64,000 nucleotides of DNA. It comes from Myxococcota bacterium. Lineage in GTDB: Bacteria > Myxococcota_A > SURF-8. Below, piece by piece: positions 51,116 to 61,724 of the stretch (within the stretch, counting starts at the first letter, position 1; each line of letters opens with the position of its first letter). The position numbers and the translations under genes are program-made. Below the pieces are notes generated by a model that saw nothing but the letters and a program-made list of their open reading frames with translations, was not told where the DNA came from and ran no database searches. Location of the stretch: NCBI GenBank assembly GCA_965140415.1, contig OZ223209.1:5568001-5632000 (forward strand), given 5' to 3'.

Positions 51116-51919
51116 ATGAATTCGAGCAACCGCATCATTACGTTGCTGACCGATTTCGGTTCCCAAATGGGGTACGTCGGTCAGATGAAGGGTGTGATTC
51201 TGTCGATCAATCCCGGAGCGAGTCTGGTAGATCTAACCCACGAAGCGCCTGCACATCATATTGAAAGCGCGGGAATGATTCTGGAACAGAGTTCCCGCTA
51301 TTTCCCCACCGGCTCGATTCACCTGGCGGTAGTCGATCCGGGCGTGGGTTCCGATAGACCGGCCATTATCGTGACCACCGATCACGGTCTGTTCGTTGGA
51401 CCCGACAACGGTTTGTTCGGTTTTCTGCAAAAAAACAAACTGGTCCGCAGCATCCACCGTATCGTCAACGACCGCTACTTCATGAGCGCCGTTTCCAACA
51501 CCTTCCACGGACGCGACGTCTTCGCGCCGGTCGTGGCCTATCTTTCCCTGGGATACCCGGCGGATGAATTCGGGCCGCCCATCGACACTCTGATTGCCCT
51601 GCCAAGCAAGGGAATTCGTTTGGAAAACGGTGAGTTGATCGGGGAAGTGTTGAATATCGACGTCTTCGGCAACCTGATCACCTCCATTCCATCCGGGGAT
51701 ATCAACGAGTATTACATTCAGCACGCCGACAAGGAAGTATTCGTTTTCTGCGAAGGACAGTACATTCCCATCGCCAATACCTTTTCCGATTTACCGGGGA
51801 AGGAATTGCTGGCTTATGTCGGCTCCGGCAGCCATTTGGAACTGGCGGTCAATCAAGGCAGCGCAAAAGATATGTTGCAGGCGAATATCGGCACACCGGT
51901 CAAACTGGTTTCTATGTAA
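51116..51919 (+). CDS. SAM hydroxide adenosyltransferase (DUF62 family)
   Basis: ITLLTDFG, VVDPGVGSDR, SNTFHGRDVFAP, IDVFGNLIT, ELAVNQG. Confidence 0.9.
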   Translation: MNSSNRIITLLTDFGSQMGYVGQMKGVILSINPGASLVDLTHEAPAHHIESAGMILEQSSRYFPTGSIHLAVVDPGVGSDRPAIIVTTDHGLFVGPDNGLFGFLQKNKLVRSIHRIVNDRYFMSAVSNTFHGRDVFAPVVAYLSLGYPADEFGPPIDTLIALPSKGIRLENGELIGEVLNIDVFGNLITSIPSGDINEYYIQHADKEVFVFCEGQYIPIANTFSDLPGKELLAYVGSGSHLELAVNQGSAKDMLQANIGTPVKLVSM

Positions 51920-51991
51920 CCCAAGACTCCACGAAGCTTCATGAACCTTTAGAGAACGCGATGTGGCTCCCGGTCGGGTGTCCATGGCAAA

Positions 51992-52037
51992 GGGTGGCAC
52001 GTGGCCAAGCGGAATGGAATGGAGCTTGCCCGTGTTC
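51992..52037 (+). repeat. Half copy of REPIN family A-variant
   Basis: GGGTGGCACG...GGAGCTTGCCCGTGTTC. Confidence 0.65.
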
Positions 52038-52098
52038 CTGTTTTGGCACATAGACTAGGTATTAATCATTTTTAGCCACAGATCCTGTGATTTTGTGC

Positions 52099-52222
52099 CA
52101 TAGTCTTACGCGATCGAAGATCGTGGAAGGCTGTGTGTCTTCAATAAGTTACACACGGCCTCCCGGAATTTCCATTCCGTGAGACCATGGCACATCATGA
52201 TTACTCGATGGACAGAGATGAG
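52099..52222 (+). repeat. 124-bp repeat (REPIN-like family B plus flank), copy 1
   Basis: Reverse complement of 58732-58855 with about 7 mismatches; ends GTGCCATAGTCTTACG/CGTGAGACCATGGCAC. Confidence 0.9.
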
Positions 52223-52281
52223 TAATAACTCCTCTAGGCAACGGAAAACAACGGTTTTGAACCCGCACAAACCATGAACGA

Positions 52282-52316
52282 CGGCGGGCTCACGCCTCGC
52301 CGCTACAAGAAGACAT
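52282..52316 (-). repeat. GTAG-footed REP-like hairpin, family C
   Basis: Identical to 38609-38643. Confidence 0.8.
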
Positions 52317-52432
52317 GCGTACATATTCTCTGATTCCGGGCCATCGATTCGTGCCGAATCGAAGACCCGGGCACCCACATCCAGTAGCGTAAATCGGTCA
52401 ATCGTAACGATAAAAACGCCGTGCGGCTCCGG

Positions 52433-53689
52433 TTATTGTTCGGGGATGCAGACTGCCTGCATATCCGGCGTGCGAGCGCAGGTATAGCCATCCCGGCATA
52501 CCACCTGGAAGCCATCGCAAAGATGCATGCAGTAGTACAGATAGTCGCCGCTGTCCAGTTGCAGACCCGTGCAACGCGAGTAGGGGTTGTTGCATTCGTC
52601 GGTGGAATCACAGGGCTTGCTGCAATAGCCGCGAGAAAACACGCGGTTGTAGGGATTTTCATACTCGGTCAGGCAGACCAGACCGCTCATGCACTGCGCA
52701 TCGGAAGTGCAGGCTCCACCAATGTTGCGTTGGTTTCCGCAGGTATAGGGATCGGGCTGACAGACACCACCGTTACAGATTGCACCATCCGGGCACTCAC
52801 CGTTCTGGCAGGGTGGCGCGCAAAAGGCTTCCTGGAGTTCGTTGTCGTACAGGCAGGCTGAGCCGCTGGCGCAATCCGCGCTGGTCAGGCAGGGATCGCA
52901 GAACGACGTCCAACCCTCGGTTGGCAGGCAACGACCGGTGCCGTAGTTGCAGGTGTAACCTTCAGCGCAGCCGGTATTGGCGCAGTGATCATCAATCGGA
53001 TCGCATACGCCGCTATTGATATTGCATTCGAAGGCCGGAGGGCAGCCGGTGTCGAGGCAGTTTTCCGGGCGCGGCTCGCATTGTCCGGTCTGCGTGTTGC
53101 AGACTTCATCCGCCGAACAGCCGCTGTTGCTGCAATGACTTGGATCGGGTTCGCATAAGCCGCTTTGCGTATTGCAGATCTGGGCGTTTGGGCAGCCGGT
53201 CGTGGTGCAGTCGATCACCGGCAGATCGCCATCGGGAGAGTCGTCACCATCGGGTGCGGTGTCGCCGTCGGGTGCAGTGTCGCCGTCGGGTGCGGTGTCG
53301 CCATCGGGGAACGCATCCCCGTCCGTCGTTCCATCGCCATCGGGGGCAGTGTCGCCATCGATTACCGTGTCACCGTCCGTACTTTGATCGCCGTCGCTGA
53401 GTGGTATATCTCCATCCACGAATGGTATGTCGCCGTCGCTTATTCCGTTGCGAATGCACACGTTCTTTTCTTCATCGCAGCTCATCCCCGTGGGGCAGGC
53501 GATATCGGCGCTGCAATAGGGGCGACAACTGCCATTGATACAGATTGAGCCGGGGTCGCACTCGGCGGAGGTACGGCAAAAGCCCGGATCTTCCATTTCG
53601 ACATCCCCGGCGAAGGGATTGGTCAATGTGGAGGTGCATCCAGCGGCCAGCAATGCAACAGCCAGGATCAATATCTCTATTCGTTTCAC
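52433..53689 (-). CDS. Cys-rich lipoprotein with 12 DGD repeat units
   Basis: Lipobox AAGC; (TAPDGD)n; repeated C...GC....CN...G.C modules; GGAG RBS, GTG start. Confidence 0.85.
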   Translation of the reverse strand: MKRIEILILAVALLAAGCTSTLTNPFAGDVEMEDPGFCRTSAECDPGSICINGSCRPYCSADIACPTGMSCDEEKNVCIRNGISDGDIPFVDGDIPLSDGDQSTDGDTVIDGDTAPDGDGTTDGDAFPDGDTAPDGDTAPDGDTAPDGDDSPDGDLPVIDCTTTGCPNAQICNTQSGLCEPDPSHCSNSGCSADEVCNTQTGQCEPRPENCLDTGCPPAFECNINSGVCDPIDDHCANTGCAEGYTCNYGTGRCLPTEGWTSFCDPCLTSADCASGSACLYDNELQEAFCAPPCQNGECPDGAICNGGVCQPDPYTCGNQRNIGGACTSDAQCMSGLVCLTEYENPYNRVFSRGYCSKPCDSTDECNNPYSRCTGLQLDSGDYLYYCMHLCDGFQVVCRDGYTCARTPDMQAVCIPEQ

Positions 53690-53810
53690 GTCGTTACTCC
53701 TCTCTTGCGTGCCGATCTCGACGTTCGCGATTTACTAAAATCCAACCCGCACTATAGCCCAGCTTACAATGGGTCGCAAGCCCAATGTGGATGCTTTCGC
53801 GAGAGCGACC

Positions 53811-53850
53811 CTCGAACACGGGCAAGCCTACAGCTTGGTCCGCGCCACCC
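53811..53850 (+). repeat. Half copy of REPIN family A
   Basis: CTCGAACACGGGCAAGCCTACAGCTTGGTCCGCGCCACCC. Confidence 0.7.
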
Positions 53851-53905
53851 GGAAACCAGGCAGAGTTGCACTGTTTTGCGATGCATCCAATGATTACCCA
53901 GGCTC

Positions 53906-55546
53906 TCACTCGCCCCAGCGAGCTGGGTCCATCAGGATGTCACAGTCTATAAAAACAGCCCCTTGCGGATGCTTCAACGGCGAGGCGCAGTACTCGAACA
54001 GGTTGACGATTTCCGTAGGCCGCACGTAGCTTTTCTCTTTTTCGCCCTGCGCATCGTAGGTGTTGCGATCGGGGATATATTCGTACTCGCCATCCGGCAG
54101 CGCATCCGACCACAGATCCCAGGACTTGAATTCCAGGTAATGGGTTGTCGCCTGGCTGTATTGCTCCATGACGATGCGAGCTTCTTCGGCAGTCAACGGA
54201 ACCCCGTAAGCCGCCGATAGTACAAGCAATTGAGCCAGATCCGGGTACCATTCCGGTACGCCGGGTGCACGCTCGTCGGTGCGGATGCCGTCCAGCCGCG
54301 CGATCAGACCATCTAGCAACTTGCGCGTATGCTCGAAGTCTCCCAGCGCCAGCGACAAAGCCACCGCCGTTTGGTGATAGCCCCAGATCATGTTGCTGGC
54401 CCAGAACTGCGAGTTGATCGCCGCCGTTTCGTAGGCGCCGCCGTCGCCATCGTTGCAGGTATTCTCCAGCGCTTCGCCTTCGGCAAGCAAGGCGGTGGAA
54501 AGTTTGGCATTGCATTCGGCATTGGGGAACAGATCTTCGAAGTTGACGAAGCTGGCGTAGTCCTCGGTGACACCGTTTTCCATGGTGGGAATCCACACCT
54601 CGCCATTGGTCTCTTTGGTGCGGATCTTGTATCCCTGCTCCACAATGTCTTTAGCCAGGGTTCGCATCTGGCGATAGAGCCGGATGGCGTCCTCACTCAC
54701 GGTGTCGTCGGTTGTGGTGCGGATCAGGCGAATGATGGCAATCATCATCCGGTAACCGTAGGGGAAATCGTCTTTACTGCGGCGATTGCGCACGTATATG
54801 TCGCCGTAAGTTGGATTGTTTGGATTGTGAACGTTACTGTGGCGACGCTCTTCGGTGACTTTGCGCATCGGGTCGTAGTCGATACTCACCTGCCGTCCGT
54901 CGTCCAATTCGTAGCTGTGATTGCGATGATAGAATGTGCGCGCCATGATTCCTTCTTGTACCGGATCGTCTTCGCCCCAGCTCATACAGTCGAAGGTCGC
55001 CGAGAAGCCGTGCAGGTAATCCAGCAGCAAATCCCGATACAGCGCATCGTCGCTGCTCTGGTACAGGCCGATGATCGCAGGCAGGATGCGCGTCATCTTG
55101 GCCATGGTGTTGTCCGATCCTTCCAGGTGGCGGAAGGTGACGTGCCTGCCTTCTTTGACGGCCAGGCCATGCGTCCACCAGATTTTGTAGCCCGGCTGTT
55201 CCCATTCGTTGTCATTAGCCAACCCGTGCGAATGCCGCCACACCCAGCGGAAATAGTCGATCTGCTTGTAAAACGCGCCCATGGTGCGGGTGAAATCACT
55301 CACTTCCGCTTCCGTCAAAGCATCGCCTGCCGCATCGCGGGTAACAACCACAGGCAGGCTGCTGTTGAGGACCGGGATGTCTTCCGGCAGTTCCACAGAC
55401 TCCGACTCGGAATCTCCGTTTTCTGAATCGACGAGATCGGTATCTCCGTTCATGCAGATGTAATCATCACCCGAACAGGAAGGCAGCATAAACAAGCAAG
55501 CGAGCGCAAGCAACAGGGGTACAAAGAGCGAAGTGCGCAGGAACAT
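53906..55546 (-). CDS. Hypothetical lipoprotein
   Basis: GGAGG RBS, lipobox LPSC, long globular ORF, family not recognised. Confidence 0.75.
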   Translation of the reverse strand: MFLRTSLFVPLLLALACLFMLPSCSGDDYICMNGDTDLVDSENGDSESESVELPEDIPVLNSSLPVVVTRDAAGDALTEAEVSDFTRTMGAFYKQIDYFRWVWRHSHGLANDNEWEQPGYKIWWTHGLAVKEGRHVTFRHLEGSDNTMAKMTRILPAIIGLYQSSDDALYRDLLLDYLHGFSATFDCMSWGEDDPVQEGIMARTFYHRNHSYELDDGRQVSIDYDPMRKVTEERRHSNVHNPNNPTYGDIYVRNRRSKDDFPYGYRMMIAIIRLIRTTTDDTVSEDAIRLYRQMRTLAKDIVEQGYKIRTKETNGEVWIPTMENGVTEDYASFVNFEDLFPNAECNAKLSTALLAEGEALENTCNDGDGGAYETAAINSQFWASNMIWGYHQTAVALSLALGDFEHTRKLLDGLIARLDGIRTDERAPGVPEWYPDLAQLLVLSAAYGVPLTAEEARIVMEQYSQATTHYLEFKSWDLWSDALPDGEYEYIPDRNTYDAQGEKEKSYVRPTEIVNLFEYCASPLKHPQGAVFIDCDILMDPARWGE

Positions 55547-55702
55547 CGGTAAACCTCCGGCTTTTTTGACTGTACGGCATACGAGCGACGCCGGAACTAT
55601 AGCAGGGAAAACACTTGGAAAACAACGAACTTTTCCAGCTTTTCTTGCACCACGGACCTTGCTGTTGCATACTATGGCAATAATGAAACCGCACATGGAG
55701 GG

Positions 55703-56368
55703 ATGATGTACCTGCCCGATTCAAACGTGCTCCGTCACGATGGCAAAGCGCTGGGTTCCCGGCATGTGTTCTTTACCGAACCGCCGGAGGAGATCGGCCA
55801 GTTGATCAGCGCCCAGAGTGATTTGTCGGCCAAGGATAACCGCAATTACAGCATCGGGCAGCGCCTGTTCAACTGCCTGATTCAAGGGGTGTGGTCGGCG
55901 GGTCTGATTGCAGCGCTTATTTTTGTTGTCGGCGAGCCTTTCGATTCCGCACCGGCCATAGCCTTACTGACGACGATCCCGCTCTTTCTGATGGCGCGCG
56001 CTTACTTCAAAACGCTGCTCAGTGGTTGCTGCACCTACGTTGGAGAACTGGGCGTTTCCCGTCATCACATTTTCGGTCGCACCGACAGTCCCGTGCGCTC
56101 CTCGATTCTGCAATTCAAGGATGCCGAACGCATGACCTTTTCCGAGTCGCGTAAAGGGCAGCGGGGATCGACGCTTAGCGAGTGGCTGTGGCAGTATCCG
56201 CAGGAAAAGGAAAACGGCGGGAAGATCGAGGGCTTTTATCGCATTCTCGCCTATCCGCGCAGCCGCGAGGAAGAACCCCGCGCCACGCTGGACGACTATT
56301 TTTTCGGCGTACAGGCCGAAAAAGCCTGGAAGGCTTTCGAGGAAAAGCGGCAGGCAATGGCTGGATAG
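55703..56368 (+). CDS. Hypothetical two-TM membrane protein
   Basis: GGAGG RBS, two hydrophobic helices. Confidence 0.65.
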   Translation: MMYLPDSNVLRHDGKALGSRHVFFTEPPEEIGQLISAQSDLSAKDNRNYSIGQRLFNCLIQGVWSAGLIAALIFVVGEPFDSAPAIALLTTIPLFLMARAYFKTLLSGCCTYVGELGVSRHHIFGRTDSPVRSSILQFKDAERMTFSESRKGQRGSTLSEWLWQYPQEKENGGKIEGFYRILAYPRSREEEPRATLDDYFFGVQAEKAWKAFEEKRQAMAG

Positions 56369-56471
56369 AAAATCATTCCTCGATTGTTGATTAATGTATA
56401 TTTATTTGGCAGTATGATCCTACATTCAAATACGAAACCGGAAGAAATCCATAGCAAAAGGCGAGTAAGCG

Positions 56472-58676
56472 ATGGGGACCAAACAGGCGAAGGCTGGGCT
56501 TAAAACGATCAAGGCGGATGAATTCGTTCGCCGCATCAAAGCAGATATGGACAACGACGATGATTTCCGGCTGACATTTTTCCTGGGCGCCGGTTGCTCC
56601 CGATCTTCCGGTGTTCCGGTATCCAGCGAACTGGTTACACAGCATTGGCTGCCCCGATTGAAGTATCGTCGAACTGGTAGCAGAGAGGATGCAACCGAAT
56701 GGGCGAAAACGGAAATCGAAGGCTTCGATGCCAACAATCCGGGCGCATCCTACGCAACGGTGATTGATGATCTGTATCCTCGGCCTTATCAAAAGCAAAG
56801 TGAGATCGAACGACTGGTCGGTAACAAAAATCCCGGTTTCGGCTACGCCACCTTGGCACAACTGATATCCCACGGAAAATACGGGCCGAAATGCAACGTG
56901 ATTTTAACCACGAATTTCGATGACATGGTGGCCGATGCCCTGTATTTGTATACCCAAAAAAGACCGTTGCTGATTCATCACGAATCGTTGGCAGGCTTCG
57001 TCAAGGTTAGCAGTTCGCGTCCGGTCTGCATCAAGATTCATGGCGATGCACACCTGCCCAACGCCAAGCATACAGAGAAAGATACCAAAGACTTGGATCC
57101 TAGTATCAAAGAAGCCATGAAAAATATCCTGTGCGAGTCGGGCTTGGTGTTTTTGGGCTATGGAGGGAATGACCGCAGTGTCGCGTCGATGCTGAAACAA
57201 CTTCCCGAAGGCGAGCCGCATTGGGGCGTTTATTGGGTTAACGATGTTTTACCCGGTCAGGAGCTAAGGAAATGGCTGGAAGAGGTCAAAGCCATCTGGG
57301 TCCAACAAAAAGATTTCGACGAACAGATGTATTTTTTTTACGAGCAGTTTGGATTCGAACGTCCCAGTGATAAACGCTTCAAACAGATATTTGAAAGTTA
57401 TGATAAAACACAAAGGGAATTGGCAGAACGTGCAAAGGAAAACCCGGAATTGCAAAATGCAATTAAAGTGGAAGGAGACCATTTCGAGTTCAAAAACGCG
57501 TTTGCCGCTATTATGGCAGCAAATGCAGAAGAAAAGGAAAACCCGGAAAAAGCACAAAAGATCTACGAAGCGGCAACGCAGAAGTTTCCCAAGGATGCAG
57601 CCTTGCTTGGAAACTTTGCACGTTTCCTACATGACATCCGCAAAAAATTCGATCAAGCGGAAAAATACTACCAAAAAGCCCTGGAAGCCGAGCCGACACA
57701 TGCAATTTACCTGGGAAACTATGCAGCGTTTTTACATACTATTCGTAAAGATTTCAACCGGGCGGAAGAATACTATAAGAAAGCCCTGGAAGCCGATCCA
57801 ACATATGCCATAGCCCTGGGAAACTATGCTGTCCTTTTAAAAGACATCCGCAAGGATTTCGATAAGGCAGAAGAGTACTACCTAAAAGCCCTGGAAGCCG
57901 ATCCGACAGATGCTACCAATCTGGGCAACTATGCAATTTTCTTGAAGAACATCCGTAAAGATTTCGACCAGGCGGAAAAATACTATAAGAAAGCCCTGGA
58001 AGCCGATCCGACACATGCTACCAATCTGGGCAACTATGCTCTTTTTCTAGATGATATCCGTAAAGATTTCGACCGGGCAGAAGAATACTACCAGAAAGCC
58101 CTGCAAGTCGATCCCACACATGCTACCAATCTGGGCAACTATGCAATTTTCTTGAAGAACATCCGTAAAGATTTCGACCAGGCGGAAAAATACTATAAGA
58201 AAGCCCTGGAAGCCGATCCGACACATGCTACTAACCTGGGAAACTATGCCCTCTTCTCAAGTGATATCCGCAAGGACTTCGACCGGGCGGAAAAATACTA
58301 TAAAAAGGCTCTGAAAGCGGATCCGACATATGCCATTGCTCTGGGAAATTATGGAGGATTTCTACTGCAACAGGGTAAGCATGAAGGATTCGACTATGTA
58401 AATCGTGCCTTAGAAGGCGATGGTGAAGAAAGCTTAAAACTCGAATGTCATTTCTATCTTTACGCACACAGTGAGCAGCCGGAACTGCGGGAGAAAAACC
58501 TTCAGGAAGTGATGACATTGTTGGAAAAGGGTGTGCGTTCACCCGGTTGGGATTTATCCGGCAACGTGCAACGTGCCATTGAAGATGGTCACCCGGAGCC
58601 GGAACGCCTGAAGCTGATTGCCGAGATCATTGCAGAGAAGGTTCCTTTGGAAGAATTGCAGAAGCTGGATTCTTAG
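56472..58676 (+). CDS. SIR2-like (SIR2_2) domain plus TPR-repeat protein
   Basis: FFLGAGCSRSSG, ILTTNFDD, IKIHGD, LVFLGYGGND; seven 35-aa TPR-like repeats. Confidence 0.88.
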   Translation: MGTKQAKAGLKTIKADEFVRRIKADMDNDDDFRLTFFLGAGCSRSSGVPVSSELVTQHWLPRLKYRRTGSREDATEWAKTEIEGFDANNPGASYATVIDDLYPRPYQKQSEIERLVGNKNPGFGYATLAQLISHGKYGPKCNVILTTNFDDMVADALYLYTQKRPLLIHHESLAGFVKVSSSRPVCIKIHGDAHLPNAKHTEKDTKDLDPSIKEAMKNILCESGLVFLGYGGNDRSVASMLKQLPEGEPHWGVYWVNDVLPGQELRKWLEEVKAIWVQQKDFDEQMYFFYEQFGFERPSDKRFKQIFESYDKTQRELAERAKENPELQNAIKVEGDHFEFKNAFAAIMAANAEEKENPEKAQKIYEAATQKFPKDAALLGNFARFLHDIRKKFDQAEKYYQKALEAEPTHAIYLGNYAAFLHTIRKDFNRAEEYYKKALEADPTYAIALGNYAVLLKDIRKDFDKAEEYYLKALEADPTDATNLGNYAIFLKNIRKDFDQAEKYYKKALEADPTHATNLGNYALFLDDIRKDFDRAEEYYQKALQVDPTHATNLGNYAIFLKNIRKDFDQAEKYYKKALEADPTHATNLGNYALFSSDIRKDFDRAEKYYKKALKADPTYAIALGNYGGFLLQQGKHEGFDYVNRALEGDGEESLKLECHFYLYAHSEQPELREKNLQEVMTLLEKGVRSPGWDLSGNVQRAIEDGHPEPERLKLIAEIIAEKVPLEELQKLDS
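57597..58331 (+). repeat. Seven tandem 105-bp TPR-coding repeats
   Basis: Unit A..LGNYA.FL..IRKDFD.AE.YY.KALEADPT; 57910-58021 identical to 58120-58231. Confidence 0.95.
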
Positions 58677-58700
58677 ACTTCGTGAGAATGAAACCCAAAA

Positions 58701-58730
58701 CCTGGACCCCCGCCTGCGCGGACAATGACG
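58701..58730 (-). repeat. Degenerate GTCATT..CGCGCAGGCGGG..TCCAG-type palindromic element
   Basis: Minus strand CGTCATTGTCCGCGCAGGCGGGGGTCCAGG resembles the dRS3/RPE-like GTCATTCCCGCGnAGGCGGGAATCCA class. Confidence 0.5.
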
Positions 58731-58731
58731 T

Positions 58732-58855
58732 CTCATTTCTGTCCATCGAGAACTCACGATGTGCCATGGTCTCACGGAATGGAAATTCCGGGAGCCCGTG
58801 TGTAACTCATTGAAGACACACAGTCTTCCACGATCTTCGATCGCGTAAGACTATG
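58732..58855 (-). repeat. 124-bp repeat (family B), copy 2, inverted
   Basis: Reverse complement of 52099-52222. Confidence 0.9.
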
Positions 58856-58914
58856 CTACACATTCTTAAATTCGTGTCTAAAACCGCTCTAGATAACCAA
58901 GCAACACCGATGAA

Positions 58915-59754
58915 CTACGCTTCCCCGGCTTTCTTGCGGGCGATGGTGGCGAAGGTGTTCTCGACGTTGAAACGTTTACTGTACTTCTGAAATACGCCGT
59001 TCTGTACGCTGCAATAGCGGATGATTTCGGTCTCGAAATCATTGCGTTCCAAAAGTTCCTGAATGGCGTCCTGATCCACGCCATTGCGAACGATGTGGTA
59101 TTCCGCGTTGTCCTTTGCCGAATCCTCGTAGTACACGCCGAACTTGTGCCGGATGCGTCGGCCAATGCCTCCCAACACACCGATTGGACTAAGGCGCGGA
59201 ATGCGCCACGACAGGTAAGCCATTTCCCCGTAAATCCGGGTGGTCTTCGTCAGGCCGTCGTATCGCATGGGATCCTGGAAGGTGAAAATGATTCCACCGG
59301 GGGCCAGGCAATCGAAGGTTTGTTCGATAAAGCCAAGGTAGTCCGGAATGTGATGCAAAAACGAATTGATCACGACAATGTCGTATTTCCCGTTCAGCTC
59401 ATTCATCACGGCATCGGCGCAGCCGCAATGAACATCCAGCCGCTCGCAGAATCGCGCGCACTTTTTCTGTAAGTTGGCAAGCTGGCTTTTGGAAATATCC
59501 ACCGCCGTAACTTCCCCACCCAGTTCGAGAAAGGGTAACGTCGCGCTGCCTTCGCCAGCCCCTAGATCGAGCACTCTCGGACGTCGCCCATCCTGCATGG
59601 CAAGATCGATGACCCGTACGCACAGTTCCCCGTAAAGATGACGCAACGACGAATGCTTGATGTGGGGAGCGCCGTCGACATAGCGGCGGGTCGCTTCGCC
59701 CGTATAGATTTCCTTATTGGCCATGGAGGCTATTCTTCCAACTCGTTCGTCCAT
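58915..59754 (-). CDS. Class I SAM-dependent methyltransferase
   Basis: VLDLGAGEG, VTAVDIS, YDIV...SFLHHIPD, LAPGG; GGAGGAG RBS (alternative start 59787). Confidence 0.9.
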   Translation of the reverse strand: MDERVGRIASMANKEIYTGEATRRYVDGAPHIKHSSLRHLYGELCVRVIDLAMQDGRRPRVLDLGAGEGSATLPFLELGGEVTAVDISKSQLANLQKKCARFCERLDVHCGCADAVMNELNGKYDIVVINSFLHHIPDYLGFIEQTFDCLAPGGIIFTFQDPMRYDGLTKTTRIYGEMAYLSWRIPRLSPIGVLGGIGRRIRHKFGVYYEDSAKDNAEYHIVRNGVDQDAIQELLERNDFETEIIRYCSVQNGVFQKYSKRFNVENTFATIARKKAGEA

Positions 59755-60142
59755 CTGTTCCTCCTCCATAATTTCGATTGCTTTCATCCTTTACTGTTGT
59801 AACACATCGTTTTTATTTTGGGTATCCTAATTATTCGATTCGATGCAGCAAGTAGGGAACCGAACGGAAACGACCTTTGACAAAGCGCAGATAATAAGAA
59901 AAGCACCTCAACCACCCGAACACCCAAGAGATTGGTTGCTATTTTCCGCTTTCTGGATCGATTTTTTTCACTCTTCTCCAGTGTGTGGGTGATAGCGGTA
60001 GAAATTGACCGAGCCGGAACCGTAGCTCACACGTGGCAGATCTATTTTCTTTAATAATTCCATGCGTGTAGTTAACCCTGCGTCGAAAAACAACCTGTAA
60101 TCCAAGGTGAATGCGCTTTCATAGTAGCGACTGTTATTAAAA

Positions 60143-61280
<1,138 letters not shown>

Positions 61281-61296
61281 TGAAAGGGATAATACA

Positions 61297-61357
61297 AGGT
61301 CGATCAGATTTTCTGACCGACAATCCAATTCATGTCGGACAGAAAATTTGTCCGACA
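61297..61357 (+). repeat. REPIN family D copy interrupted at its GTAG foot by IS110
   Basis: AG-GTCGATCAGATTTTCTGACCGAC-spacer-GTCGGACAGAAAATTTGTCCGAC; homologous to 62644-62705. Confidence 0.85.
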
Positions 61358-61533
61358 TGCCCGGCTGCCGCGATGTTGCGCGCCAGTACCAGGTAAAAGG
61401 CAGCGTCATCGGGAATGAATTGCGAAAACATCCATTCCACCGGTTGGGCGATCATGCCGAAGCGCAGCAGTAACCCGATTGAAATCACACCGACCACAGC
61501 CCAGTCGTGCCAACGTGCCGCAGGATTGGTCAT
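61357..61533 (-). pseudogene. N-terminal fragment of a GT-C-like membrane protein, truncated at the REP
   Basis: GAGGTG RBS, one TM helix, then PDDAAFYLVLARNIAAAG, typical of ArnT-like starts; runs into the REP and stops. Confidence 0.55.
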
Positions 61534-61724
61534 CAAGCACACCTCGTGAGAAACACAGGGAAAACCATGAAAGTCAGGGTACGAGCAGTGCCGGTGCTTG
61601 TCAAACCTTTTGTCCGTTGAATGGGTTTGCTGCCACACCGACAAACGCAAAAGCCTGCGTTTCTCGTTTTGCCCTAAGCCGGGCTTGTGGTAAGGTTTGG
61701 CCTGGATCGAACGAAGGAGGACAC

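Noticed and set aside
51116-51919. Fluorinase or chlorinase
   Set aside because: Has TFHGRD and the Asp/Arg/His triad of DUF62 hydroxide adenosyltransferases rather than the TFY(S/G)R halogenase signature
57597-58331. CRISPR array or DGR template/variable repeat pair
   Set aside because: Repeats are in-frame coding units without spacers, differences are not adenine-specific, and no reverse transcriptase is in the window
61479-61724. N-terminal extension of the radical SAM ORF (likewise extensions at 5205, 36397, 51095, 55696, 33044, 61108)
   Set aside because: Downstream ATGs have clear RBSs and match family starts or signal peptides; the extensions cross terminators, promoters or the bridge RNA
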